Assembly (NCBI GenBank): GCA_044450345.1
Contig: JBIOIY010000023.1
Location: forward strand, 1 to 41,870
Direction: 5' to 3'
Source of the DNA: Thermodesulfovibrionales bacterium
GTDB taxonomy: Bacteria; Nitrospirota; Thermodesulfovibrionia; Thermodesulfovibrionales; UBA6898
Length of the DNA stretch: 41,870 nucleotides
The notes beneath the pieces are model-generated. The model worked only from the letters and a program-made list of their open reading frames with translations. It did no database searches and was not told the DNA's origin. Positions 1 through 9,149 of this stretch are shown piece by piece; within the stretch, counting starts at the first letter, position 1; the number at the start of each line of letters is the position of its first letter. The position numbers and the translations under genes were made by a program.

Positions 1-110
1 CACCCCGGCGTCCCGCAGACATTCCACTGCTCACTGATGCTGCCCGGCAGGACCGGCCCAAGGTTCAGAAGCTTTTGCTTTAACTGCTCAACGCTTTTCT
101 TTGTTCTCAT
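1..110 (-). CDS. DUF6788-like small protein (IS-associated), N-terminal part only
   Basis: Manual translation gives MRTKKSVEQLKQKLLNLGPVLPGSISEQWNVCGTPG(C), with the GS-x6-CG-x-P-x-C pattern. RBS GAGGAGG lies upstream. Not in the ORF track because it runs off the window. Confidence 0.7.
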   Translation of the reverse strand, partial: MRTKKSVEQLKQKLLNLGPVLPGSISEQWNVCGTPG

Positions 111-126
111 GTGGTAATCCTCCTCA

Positions 127-162
127 TACCGATAGCATAATGCTGCTATCGGTACTATGCAA
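127..162 (-). promoter_or_regulatory. Sigma70 promoter overlapped by a perfect 11-bp inverted repeat
   Basis: TTGCAT (162-157), 17 nt, TATGCT (139-134). TACCGATAGCA-N6-TGCTATCGGTA at 127-154. Confidence 0.7.
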
Positions 163-195
163 GAAAAAAAAGCGGTCCGAAGACCGCTCTTTTTC
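163..195 (-). terminator. Intrinsic terminator (probably bidirectional)
   Basis: Minus strand reads AGCGGTC-TTCG-GACCGCT followed by a long T run. The plus strand also has a T tract after the stem. Confidence 0.85.
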
Positions 196-234
196 AATTC
201 CTTAAGTTAACACCTATGGGTTTAAAACCCGCCC

Positions 235-1869
235 TTACAAAGCCATCCCCAGCGCCTCTTTCGTCATCCGCTCCGCCGTCTCGAACACCGCCTTCTTTCC
301 CTCTTCAGTCCTCGACTCGATATAGAACCTCACCTTCGGCTCCGTACCGGAGGGTCTTATCATAAGCCAGGAGCCGTCGTCGAAGACGAGCTTGGTCCCG
401 TCTACCGTGATCACGTCCCTGATCTTTCTCTCACTCCCCCCTATTTCAAGCGACGTGCCCTTCTTGTACCGCTCCCTGATGACTGCCAGCTTTCTTATAA
501 GAGGTTCTCCTACTAGCGACTTGTCCACCGTTATCCCGGAACGGTCAGGATAGTAATGGCCAAATTCATCCATAATGTCCTTAAGATAATCGCCGAGGTT
601 CTTTCCGGTCACCGCCATCATCTCCCCCGCAAGGAGCAGTCCGAAGATCGCGTCCTTTTCGAGCGTATGGTTATACCCGGATATTCCGTCCGATTCTTCG
701 AAGACGACTATCGCCCTTTCCGTGGCCGACCTGAGCATATAGGGCCTGAAGTTCTTGAACCCGACCTTTGTCTCTCTTACCGGAATGCCGAGCTTTTCGG
801 CAATCGCATTTACAAGGTTGGACGTTCCGACAGACTTGGCAACGACGCCGGAAATGCCCTTGTGCACGTGAAGGAAATGTAGCGCCATGGCGCCGAAATA
901 GTTCATGGGTATCTGCATGTCCCCGTCGCCGAACCGTATCCGGTCGCCGTCAGGGTCCATGATGACACCCAATCTTAACCTCGCTGCGCTCTCTTTCAGG
1001 GTTCTCTCGACGCCCGCCATGTTCCTTTCGGACGGCTCCGGCGCGACGCCTCCGAAGAGATAATCGTCCCCGGTCCTGAGATATGAGATCTTTTCGCTCT
1101 CCCCTAGTATCCTCTGGACCCGTCCCCGCGTTGCCCCGTGGACATTGTCGATGCAAACGGCGCAGTCCGCTTCAGCGATGAAGTCGCGGATACGTCCAAT
1201 GTCGAGCGTCCCTCTTTCATTAACGTACCGGATGTACAGGGTAGTAAGATCGATCTTTTCCAACCCCGTGGGAGCAGCGGGCTGAAGCACGAGCGAGCGG
1301 GCCATCATACTGTTTGCGACCTCTTCTATCCTTGCAGTAATTTCCGATCCCGCCGGCCCGCCGTCTGAAGGATTGAACTTGAAGCCGGCATAATTGGCCG
1401 GATTATGGGACGGGGTGAGGTTTATCGAGCAGGCAGCATGCAGCATTTCGATGCCGGTCGAAAACTCCGGTGTAGGCGCCTCACCCGCATACCAGGTTTT
1501 TATCTCTTCTTTCTGCAGAAGTCCGAGGACCTCCATGGAGAAAGCTTCGCCGAGGAAACGGTTGTCATGACCTACTATGACGCCACGTCTCTTTATCTCT
1601 TCGAAATCCGAAACCCCCATTGCCTCCATAACGTCTCTGTCCCCTTTTTTAAACATCTCGATGATCGCCGCAGTCACAATGCGCACGTTATTGAACGTGT
1701 AATCCGTGCCTATCTCCCCGCGCCACCCGGACGTGCCGAAGACAATCTTTGCCGGGGCGGCATTTCCCCTGGCAAATCTCTCTATCTCGGACAGCAGTCC
1801 CTTATTCTTTGTGACATCCGATAAAATCACCCTCCAGCATGAGGAGGCATTTTCAAACTTCTGGGCCAT
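235..1869 (-). CDS. pgm: Phosphoglucomutase/phosphomannomutase family protein
   Basis: FGTSGWRG, catalytic TPSHNP, metal-binding DPDGDR, VGFK, EESDG and C-terminal RPSGTEP motifs. Confidence 0.93.
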   Translation of the reverse strand: MAQKFENASSCWRVILSDVTKNKGLLSEIERFARGNAAPAKIVFGTSGWRGEIGTDYTFNNVRIVTAAIIEMFKKGDRDVMEAMGVSDFEEIKRRGVIVGHDNRFLGEAFSMEVLGLLQKEEIKTWYAGEAPTPEFSTGIEMLHAACSINLTPSHNPANYAGFKFNPSDGGPAGSEITARIEEVANSMMARSLVLQPAAPTGLEKIDLTTLYIRYVNERGTLDIGRIRDFIAEADCAVCIDNVHGATRGRVQRILGESEKISYLRTGDDYLFGGVAPEPSERNMAGVERTLKESAARLRLGVIMDPDGDRIRFGDGDMQIPMNYFGAMALHFLHVHKGISGVVAKSVGTSNLVNAIAEKLGIPVRETKVGFKNFRPYMLRSATERAIVVFEESDGISGYNHTLEKDAIFGLLLAGEMMAVTGKNLGDYLKDIMDEFGHYYPDRSGITVDKSLVGEPLIRKLAVIRERYKKGTSLEIGGSERKIRDVITVDGTKLVFDDGSWLMIRPSGTEPKVRFYIESRTEEGKKAVFETAERMTKEALGMAL

Positions 1870-1929
1870 TAAATCCTCCCGAATCGTTAATCATATAATT
1901 GTAGTTTACCTTAAGCCGCATACAACGAC

Positions 1930-2062
1930 AAAAAAAATGGGTCCGGTGGCCACCCGATCTTCCCCGACCGGAGTTCATCGTAAGGACAATGCGCAGAGAC
2001 GCATCCTCCTGTGCATTTACTCGTAATCTTACCCGGGATTGCTTTATAAATACCCGACGCCT
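1930..2062 (-). ncRNA. Candidate structured small RNA or leader of unknown family
   Basis: GC-rich non-coding stretch with an imperfect long hairpin (AATGCACAGGAG / CTCTGCGCATT) and a 3' GC-rich region ending in a T run. A TAGTTT -10-like box lies just upstream. No family recognised. Confidence 0.35.
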
Positions 2063-2142
2063 TAAACTACCAGAAAATGTCTGATGTATACACTATGTCG
2101 GCTGATCCGGGATAAAAAAGGACGGACCTTTCTCCGAAGCGC

Positions 2143-3597
2143 ATGCTTAGAAAGAACGGCAAACTCATCGTATTGTGGCTGCTCTACTCGGTTGCCCTCA
2201 TCTACCCCAGCGTTGAGCGATATCGCGCCCTTCACAGTCATATCTGGGATATGGGCATGTATCAAAATGGCCTGTGGAATTATTCGATAGGTAGTATTGA
2301 TTTTCTCGTCGTTCGTCACCACTTCAGGCCGATACTCGGCCTTTACGCCTTGATCTATAAAATCATGCCTTACGGAGAAACCCTTCTCGTCCTTCAATCG
2401 CTGTCTATTTCCATCGCTGTTTTCCCTCTCTATGCGTATGCCTCCGAAATGCTCGGCAGGGAAAAAGCATCCGTCGTTGTGGCGTTGTATTGTCTCTTTT
2501 CCCCGGTATGGCTCATTAATCTGACAAATTTCCATCCTGATTCACTCATTATCCCGTTGGGTCTGTCTGCAATGTACTTTCAGAAAAAAGGAAGGACTGT
2601 CCCGTTCGTTCTTTCACTGATCTTGCTTTTGACTGTCAAGGAAATATCCTTCTTCATCGCAGCTCTCATCTGTCTCTCCGGCGCTTTACAGTATAAGAAG
2701 GGGATTTCCCGCTATGCCCTCGCAGCAGTGATTTTTGTGTCAGGTCTGCTCGTCGTCGATTTCCTCATGCCCGCCATGGAGGGACACGCCCTGATGAAAA
2801 TAGCAGGCGTTACATGGATGGGGAGGGACATGGGAGCGCTATTCAGGACGGTTCTCACAAACCCATGGAAAGTTGCCGCTACATTTATCAATTACTGGAA
2901 AGCCGCCTATTTTGTTATCCTCTTTGGATCTTTTCTATTCCTGCCGTTACTTGCTCCCCTCTCCTTGCTTCCCGCGCTCCCCGGCATATCTCTCGCACTC
3001 CTTTCCGATCTCTGGAGGATTCAGTCGCTGGCGTATCATTATCCGGCCACAGTTGTACCTTTTATCTTTGTCGCCTTCACAGAGGCTATAGGGAAAAGGC
3101 CTTCCCTTCATAAGAATTTTTTTAAAGTCCTTGTAGGAGTCTTTTTGCTCCTCAGCTCGCTGCATCTCGGGTTCTTCCTTTTCTACAAAAATGACAGCTA
3201 CCACTACTCGCGGTATCTGGTCACGCCGAGAGATGACAGGAACAGAAATGCGCTGGAGACATTAATTCCGACCGATCCATCTATCGTGGTTTCAAGTTCC
3301 AATTTGGTAAACCATGCGGTCCTGGCTAACAGGGCGCATTATCTCACATTCCCATCAGGGGTTACCTCTTCAGATGGATCAGCAGCGCCTGCGGACTATG
3401 TGGTGTATGACAAAAAAAGGGCAAGGGAACTGGTCGATTTTGTACTCCGCAGAGGTGTGTATGCGCTCAGGGAGCCGCTGGACGAATATGAACGTTCTCA
3501 AAAAGCGCTCGACTCGTCTTTCTCATCTTTCGCGACAATATATGAGTATGACGGCTTTATTATCCTTAAGAGGAAAGGTGGATCTGCGCATCCCTGA
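2143..3597 (+). CDS. DUF2079 family membrane protein (GT-C-like glycosyltransferase fold)
   Basis: DMGMYQNGLW, HHFRP, NFHP and KE motifs, multiple TM segments, and YHY near the last helices. Confidence 0.8.
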   Translation: MLRKNGKLIVLWLLYSVALIYPSVERYRALHSHIWDMGMYQNGLWNYSIGSIDFLVVRHHFRPILGLYALIYKIMPYGETLLVLQSLSISIAVFPLYAYASEMLGREKASVVVALYCLFSPVWLINLTNFHPDSLIIPLGLSAMYFQKKGRTVPFVLSLILLLTVKEISFFIAALICLSGALQYKKGISRYALAAVIFVSGLLVVDFLMPAMEGHALMKIAGVTWMGRDMGALFRTVLTNPWKVAATFINYWKAAYFVILFGSFLFLPLLAPLSLLPALPGISLALLSDLWRIQSLAYHYPATVVPFIFVAFTEAIGKRPSLHKNFFKVLVGVFLLLSSLHLGFFLFYKNDSYHYSRYLVTPRDDRNRNALETLIPTDPSIVVSSSNLVNHAVLANRAHYLTFPSGVTSSDGSAAPADYVVYDKKRARELVDFVLRRGVYALREPLDEYERSQKALDSSFSSFATIYEYDGFIILKRKGGSAHP

Positions 3598-3714
3598 CCC
3601 GTTTAGGGATCCGCGCTTTTTCTCCCGGACATAAGATAAGCCGGCCCGAAGAACTACTAAGAAACCTTGCCGATATGATAATATATCAGACTTTTTTGAT
3701 ATCGGGAGGAAGAT

Positions 3715-4782
3715 ATGTCAAAGACATATAAAATAGCGGTAATACCCGGAGACGGCACGGGTCCGGAGGTCGTTGCCGAGGGCATCAAGGTCTTAAATAC
3801 TGTTTCGCAGAGGTTCGGGTTCAGGACAGACCTGACCTATTTCGACTTCGGGGGCGACAGGTACCTGAAGACCGGCGAAGTGCTTCCGGCAAACGCAGTC
3901 GAAGAACTGCAGAAGTTCGATGCGATCTTCCTCGGTGCGATAGGCCATCCCGATGTAAAGCCGGGCATTCTTGAAAAAGGGATACTCCTGAAACTAAGGT
4001 TCGAGCTCGACCAATACATCAACCTCAGGCCGGTGAAGCTCTACCCGGGCGTAGAATGCCCGCTTAAGGACAAGAGGCCCGATGATATCGATTTTGTGGT
4101 GGTGAGAGAGAACACCGAAGGTCTTTACGCGGGGGCAGGCGGCACCCTCAAAAAAGGTACGAAGGATGAGGTTGCGATACAGGAGTCGATCAATACAAGA
4201 AAAGGCGTCGAGCGCTGCATACGGTATGCCTTTGAATATTGCAAAAAGAGAAACAAGGCGAACAAGCTCACCCTCTGCGGAAAAACGAACGTCCTCACCT
4301 TCGCCTTCGATTTATGGGAAAGGACCTTTTACGAAGTAGCAAAGGAATACCCTGAGGTAAAGGCCGATTATGCCCATGTCGACGCCATCACGATGTGGTT
4401 TGTGAAAAACCCCGAGTGGTTCGACGTAATCGTGACGGACAACATGTTCGGGGACATAATCACCGACCTCGGTGCGATGATACAGGGCGGGATGGGTATT
4501 GCAGCAGGCGGCAATATAAACCCCCAAGGCGTTTCGATGTTCGAGCCAATAGGCGGATCCGCCCCCAAGTATAAAGGCAAAAACGTCATCAACCCCCTCG
4601 CTGCTATATGCGCCGGCGGCATGATGCTCGAATATCTCGGAGAGGACATCGCGGGGAAAACGATCGAAAAGGCGGTGATGGAAGTCACCGGGAAACATAT
4701 CAAGAGCCTCGCTGCGGGCCAGATGGGAATGGGCACTGTCGAAGTCGGAGACCTGGTTTCAAAGCTCGCGGCAACCATCTGA
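3715..4782 (+). CDS. leuB: 3-isopropylmalate dehydrogenase
   Basis: IAVIPGDGTGPEV, LRPVKL, VRENTEG, NMFGDIITD and FEPIGGSAP motifs. Lies next to asd. RBS GGAGG. Confidence 0.85.
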   Translation: MSKTYKIAVIPGDGTGPEVVAEGIKVLNTVSQRFGFRTDLTYFDFGGDRYLKTGEVLPANAVEELQKFDAIFLGAIGHPDVKPGILEKGILLKLRFELDQYINLRPVKLYPGVECPLKDKRPDDIDFVVVRENTEGLYAGAGGTLKKGTKDEVAIQESINTRKGVERCIRYAFEYCKKRNKANKLTLCGKTNVLTFAFDLWERTFYEVAKEYPEVKADYAHVDAITMWFVKNPEWFDVIVTDNMFGDIITDLGAMIQGGMGIAAGGNINPQGVSMFEPIGGSAPKYKGKNVINPLAAICAGGMMLEYLGEDIAGKTIEKAVMEVTGKHIKSLAAGQMGMGTVEVGDLVSKLAATI

Positions 4783-4814
4783 CGAATGACATTGACACAG
4801 TAAAAATACGGCCC

Positions 4815-4854
4815 GCTTCACCCCGTTAGAGATTAATCTTTAACGGGGTGAAGC
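4815..4854. repeat. 40-bp near-perfect palindrome (CACCCCGTTAGA...TAACGGGGTG type); may also terminate leuB
   Basis: GCTTCACCCCGTTAGAGATTAATCTTTAACGGGGTGAAGC is self-complementary apart from one mismatched pair. Confidence 0.8.
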
Positions 4855-5016
4855 CTTTCGAATGCGTCCCCGCGCAAAGTTGATGGCGGATTGTGGTCTT
4901 CCTCTGTCCGTGTAAAGTTTCAGGATATTGGGTATAATAAAAAAAAATTATGTCTGCTTAACGCCCGGGGCGGCGTTATCGGCTATGAATAAGAATCCTT
5001 TATCAGGAGCGAGAAA

Positions 5017-6129
5017 ATGATGCGAGCAGGTTTTGTAGGTTGGCGCGGCATGGTGGGCTCGGTGCTCATGGGCCGCATGGCCGTAGAAAAAGATTTTAAT
5101 TTGGTCGAACCGGTCTTTTTCACCACATCGAATGTGGGGGGCAAGGCGCCCGAGATCGGTAAGAGCGCGCCGGCCCTTAAGGACGCAAGGAATATCGATG
5201 AACTGAAGGCGATGGATACAATCGTCTCCTGCCAAGGGGGCGAATATACTAGGGAAGTCTATCCTAAATTACAGGCCGCGGGCTGGAACGGCTACTGGAT
5301 CGACGCTGCCTCGGCGTTACGCATGGAAAAAGACGCGATCATCGTTCTGGATCCCGTCAATATGAAGGTGATCAGAGAGGGCCTCGTCAAGGGCGTCAAA
5401 AACTACATCGGCGGCAACTGCACGGTGTCGCTCATGCTCATCGCCCTAGGCGGACTTTACGAGCGCGGGCTTGTCCATTGGATGTCGGCAATGACCTACC
5501 AGGCAGCATCCGGCGCAGGGGCCCAGAACATGCGTGAACTTCTCACACAGATGGGTTCTGCGCACGACTCGGTAAAGGACCTTCTGGGGGACCCCTCAAG
5601 TGCGATCCTCGAGATCGACCGTACTGTGGCGGAGCATGTCCGTTCCGAAGCCTATCCCAAAAAATTTTTCGGAGTGCCTCTTGCCTGCTCCCTCATCCCC
5701 TGGATCGATGTACAGCTCGAAAACGGTCAGAGCAAGGAAGAGTGGAAGGGCCAGGCCGAGACAAACAAGATACTTGGCCGTGAAGAGAACCCGATCCCCA
5801 TCGACGGTATCTGTGTGCGCATCAGTTCGATGCGCTGTCACAGCCAGGCGCTGACGATCAAGCTCACGAAGGACGTGCCGCTCGACGAAATCAACGATAT
5901 GATCGCCGGCCACAACCAGTGGGTAAAGTTGGTGCCGAACGATAGGGAGATAACCATGCGCGAACTCACGCCGGCAGCGGTGACCGGGACTCTCACCGTG
6001 CCGGTAGGTCGCCTGCGCAAGATGAATATGGGGCCGGACTATCTTGCCGCTTTCACATGCGGCGACCAGCTCCTCTGGGGCGCGGCCGAACCGCTCAGGA
6101 GGATGCTCCGCATCCTGGTCGAAAGATAG
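5017..6129 (+). CDS. asd: Aspartate-semialdehyde dehydrogenase (E. coli/proteobacterial type)
   Basis: [16 protein letters not shown], catalytic [21 protein letters not shown] and [11 protein letters not shown] motifs. Confidence 0.96.
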   Translation: MMRAGFVGWRGMVGSVLMGRMAVEKDFNLVEPVFFTTSNVGGKAPEIGKSAPALKDARNIDELKAMDTIVSCQGGEYTREVYPKLQAAGWNGYWIDAASALRMEKDAIIVLDPVNMKVIREGLVKGVKNYIGGNCTVSLMLIALGGLYERGLVHWMSAMTYQAASGAGAQNMRELLTQMGSAHDSVKDLLGDPSSAILEIDRTVAEHVRSEAYPKKFFGVPLACSLIPWIDVQLENGQSKEEWKGQAETNKILGREENPIPIDGICVRISSMRCHSQALTIKLTKDVPLDEINDMIAGHNQWVKLVPNDREITMRELTPAAVTGTLTVPVGRLRKMNMGPDYLAAFTCGDQLLWGAAEPLRRMLRILVER

Positions 6130-6196
6130 TCATCATGCCCGCGCAGGCGGAAATGACATCTAAGGGCCGAAATGGAGTTTTTCAATAACCTGTTAG
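6129..6196. repeat. Degenerate GTCAT...ATGAC REP-like hairpin followed by an IS/MITE-end-like sequence
   Basis: GTCATCATGCCCGCGCAGGCGGAAATGAC (6129-6157) resembles the copies at 20776, 33917 and 35910. GAGTTTTTCAATAACCTGTTAG (6175-6196) resembles IS5/IS1182-type termini. Confidence 0.5.
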
Positions 6197-6212
6197 TCAA
6201 CAGAGACCGAAA

Positions 6213-7535
6213 ATGCAGGACATCGACATAATTGTAAAGGCTGACTATGTCCTTACAATGGACAAACACTTTGCCGTTATAAAAAACGGCGCAGTTGCCG
6301 TTGACAATGGCCGCATCGCTTCAGTCGGGGCTGCGGACGATATTCTCGGAAGATACTCCTCCAAACAAATCGTCGGCGGCGAGGGGTTTATCACATTCCC
6401 GGGCCTCGTCAACACCCACACCCATTCTCCTATGGTCTATTTCAGGGGGCTTGCCGATGATCTCCCACTGAAAGAATGGCTCGAGGACCACATATGGCCT
6501 GCCGAAAAAAAATGGCTCAGCCCGGAATTCGTTTCTGACGCCGCTGAACTCGCCTTCCTGGAGATGCTAAAATCCGGGATTACCTCCTGCAACGACATGT
6601 ATTTCTACGGAAATGAAATTGCATCCACTGCAAAAAAGATCGGGATAAGGGCGTCAGTAGGCGCAGGCATCCTTGATTTTCCGACGAGCACCGCTCAAAA
6701 CCCTGCCGAATACCTGGAGAAGGCCGAGGCGTTCATCATGAGGTGGAAAGGCGACGATCTGATCACTCCATGCGTAGCGCCCCATTCCGCATATGCGTGC
6801 GCCCCCGAGACCCTGCGCAAGGCTAAGGCATTGTCTGAAAAGCACGCCGTTCGCCTCCATATCCATCTGTCTGAGACCGAGTGGGAAGTGGAAGAGTTCA
6901 TGGCACTCCACCGGAGCCGTCCCGTCACATTTCTCGATTCCATAGGTTTTTTTGACGAAAGCGTGACCGCGGCACATTGTATCTGGGTAGATAAAGAAGA
7001 GCTCGAGACCCTGGCAAGACGCGGGGTGGGGGTCGCCCACTGCATGGAGAGCAACCTCAAACTGGCGTCCGGATTCGCACCGGTCACCTCGATGCTCGCC
7101 CAGGGGATCAGGGTCACCTTCGGTACCGACGGCGCGGCGAGCAACAACGATCTGAATATCCTGAGCGAGATGTCCACCACCGCAAAGGTCCATAAGGCCC
7201 TTTCAAAAGACCCCACGGTCCTCAATGCCCGCAGGGTGATGCTCATGGCAACACGCTGGGGGGCGGAGGCGCTCGGACTGGCCGATGTGACCGGGAGCAT
7301 CGAGGCGGGGAAGGCGGCGGATATCGTCCTTGCGGATGTGAGGAAGCCGCACCTGACACCGATGTATGACCTGTATTCCAGTATCGTCTATTCGATGAGC
7401 GCGGCGGATATCCACAGTGTGATCATTGACGGGAAATTGGTCATGAATGGACGGACACTGCTTACCGGGGACGAGCCGGAAATCTTACGCCGTGCAAATG
7501 AGTGGGGAAAGAAGATCAGGGGTAAGGGGCGATAG
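6213..7535 (+). CDS. mtaD: Amidohydrolase; 5-methylthioadenosine/S-adenosylhomocysteine deaminase-like
   Basis: PGLVNTHTH, APHSAY, HIHLSET, AAHC, SNLKLASG and GTDGAASNN motifs. Confidence 0.85.
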   Translation: MQDIDIIVKADYVLTMDKHFAVIKNGAVAVDNGRIASVGAADDILGRYSSKQIVGGEGFITFPGLVNTHTHSPMVYFRGLADDLPLKEWLEDHIWPAEKKWLSPEFVSDAAELAFLEMLKSGITSCNDMYFYGNEIASTAKKIGIRASVGAGILDFPTSTAQNPAEYLEKAEAFIMRWKGDDLITPCVAPHSAYACAPETLRKAKALSEKHAVRLHIHLSETEWEVEEFMALHRSRPVTFLDSIGFFDESVTAAHCIWVDKEELETLARRGVGVAHCMESNLKLASGFAPVTSMLAQGIRVTFGTDGAASNNDLNILSEMSTTAKVHKALSKDPTVLNARRVMLMATRWGAEALGLADVTGSIEAGKAADIVLADVRKPHLTPMYDLYSSIVYSMSAADIHSVIIDGKLVMNGRTLLTGDEPEILRRANEWGKKIRGKGR

Positions 7536-7538
7536 ATT

Positions 7539-8072
7539 ATGAGACTTTTGTTTATCGGCGATTCATTGATCGAGTTTTATGACTGGGAGCGGAGATTCCC
7601 GGACCACGAGGTATTCAATTACGGCATTGCAGGAGAGACCGTGGAGGGACTCTTTTCGAGACTCTCCGGTGTCCTCGAAAAAGTCTTAACCCCGGATTTC
7701 GTATTCATCATGACCGGCATAAATAACATGGCTATGGGAGACAAACACTTCCCGGGGACATACAGGAAGATAATCGGGCAGATCAAGGCAAAATCTCCTT
7801 CTTCGAAGATCTTCGTCCAGAGCCTGCTGCCGGTGTTCTTTCCATTTATTTCGAATGACGAAATCCTGGAGATGAACAATAAATTGCAGCACATGGCGGA
7901 AGAAGAAGATGTCTTCTATTCCGATATCCATGCCGTCTTCCTCGACTCCTCAGGCGCTCCGAATAAGTCGTATCTGCTCGACGACGGGGTCCACCTGAGC
8001 AGCGAGGGATACAGGGCCTGGTCGGCTGAAATAGAGAAACTCCTTCTCGGGCACGCGAATATCCGTGGCTGA
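7539..8072 (+). CDS. GDSL/SGNH hydrolase
   Basis: GDSL, G-x-N (GINN) and DGVH catalytic blocks. Confidence 0.92.
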   Translation: MRLLFIGDSLIEFYDWERRFPDHEVFNYGIAGETVEGLFSRLSGVLEKVLTPDFVFIMTGINNMAMGDKHFPGTYRKIIGQIKAKSPSSKIFVQSLLPVFFPFISNDEILEMNNKLQHMAEEEDVFYSDIHAVFLDSSGAPNKSYLLDDGVHLSSEGYRAWSAEIEKLLLGHANIRG

Positions 8073-8212
8073 GTTATTAATCGTCTTCACTTTTTGAAAA
8101 CTGAGGAATACAAACCGAAATCCCATATCCTTTGTACGCACCGTAACAAGCTGAAAGACTAGCAAAGGACGTTTAATGGTGCTATCCTTATTTCTATAGG
8201 GAGGGCAGTAGT

Positions 8213-9052
8213 ATGGCTAATCAATCAGCATCAGACTTGAAATCAACAGAACTGACCGACAAGATAATCTTCTATTTTGTAGATCACGGGCTGCAGATCC
8301 TTACCGCTATTGTCATGATTGGCGTTGGCATACTGATCGCCCGCTGGATCGGCAGGATCATACACCGCTGGCTGTCGGCAAAGGCATTTGGGGAACCAAT
8401 TAATTTACTCATCGTCAGGATTGCCAAGCTCCTGATAATAGGCTTCGTAGGGGTCATGGCGCTGGGCCAGATGGGAGTGCAGATCACCCCGCTCATCGCT
8501 GGAATCGGCGTGGCCGGTGTCGGAGCAAGTCTTGCAATGCAGGGAGTGCTTGGCAACCTTGTAGCTGGACTGACCATTATTTTTTCAAAGCCATTCACCA
8601 TTGGCGATTACATCGAACTTCTCGGGGTATACGGGCAGGTAACTGATATAGCGCTATTTTCGACCACGCTGCTGCATGTGGACAATTCCCGTGTCATCGT
8701 CCCCAACAGGAAGATCGTAGGAGAGATTCTTCACAATTACGGCAAGATCCGACAAATGGACCTGTCTGTGGGCATTGCATACGGGACGGACCTCACCTTG
8801 GCGCTCTCCGCGGTGAATGATATCCTGCAGCAAAAACCTTTTGTACTGAAGGAACCTGCGTCTGTTGTCGGTATAGCTTCACTGGGCGAATCATTTATTT
8901 CATTGGCCATTAAACCATGGGTAAAGGTTGAAGATCTTGTGATCGCGCAGGCTGAAATCTACCAGGGCGTGTTAGAGAGTTTCCGGGACAAACAGATCGA
9001 GATCCCGAGTCCCCGCCGTGAAATTCGTCTCATCAGCAGTCAGTCTTCTTGA
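8213..9052 (+). CDS. mscS: Small-conductance mechanosensitive channel
   Basis: Three TM helices, a Gly/Ala-rich TM3, and KPFTIGDYI, G-x-V and VPN motifs. Confidence 0.92.
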   Translation: MANQSASDLKSTELTDKIIFYFVDHGLQILTAIVMIGVGILIARWIGRIIHRWLSAKAFGEPINLLIVRIAKLLIIGFVGVMALGQMGVQITPLIAGIGVAGVGASLAMQGVLGNLVAGLTIIFSKPFTIGDYIELLGVYGQVTDIALFSTTLLHVDNSRVIVPNRKIVGEILHNYGKIRQMDLSVGIAYGTDLTLALSAVNDILQQKPFVLKEPASVVGIASLGESFISLAIKPWVKVEDLVIAQAEIYQGVLESFRDKQIEIPSPRREIRLISSQSS

Positions 9053-9149
9053 TTCCTTTTTCGGATCATTCATTTTATTTTGGGAATCAGCATTCTTGAC
9101 GAGATGTCTATTTTGAAGTCTTGCACCGTCATGACTTGCTAAAACCCAT

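Larger units (their letters stand above)
1..218 (-). mobile_element. Left end of a probable insertion sequence (IS4-family-like); continues beyond the window
   Basis: Minus-strand CATAGGTGTTAACTTAAG at 218-201 resembles IS4-family terminal inverted repeats (ending in TTAAG). It is followed by a terminator, a promoter and a DUF6788-like ORF of the kind found upstream of transposases. The transposase and second end are not visible. Confidence 0.55.

Noticed and set aside
1935..2030. T-box riboswitch (GGGUGGCCACC, AGUA and a GAA-CUC Leu-like specifier on the minus strand)
   Set aside because: The bulge has one base too many for UGGNACC, AGUA and GAA are not opposite each other, the stem I apical motifs are absent, and the downstream gene is not amino-acid related.
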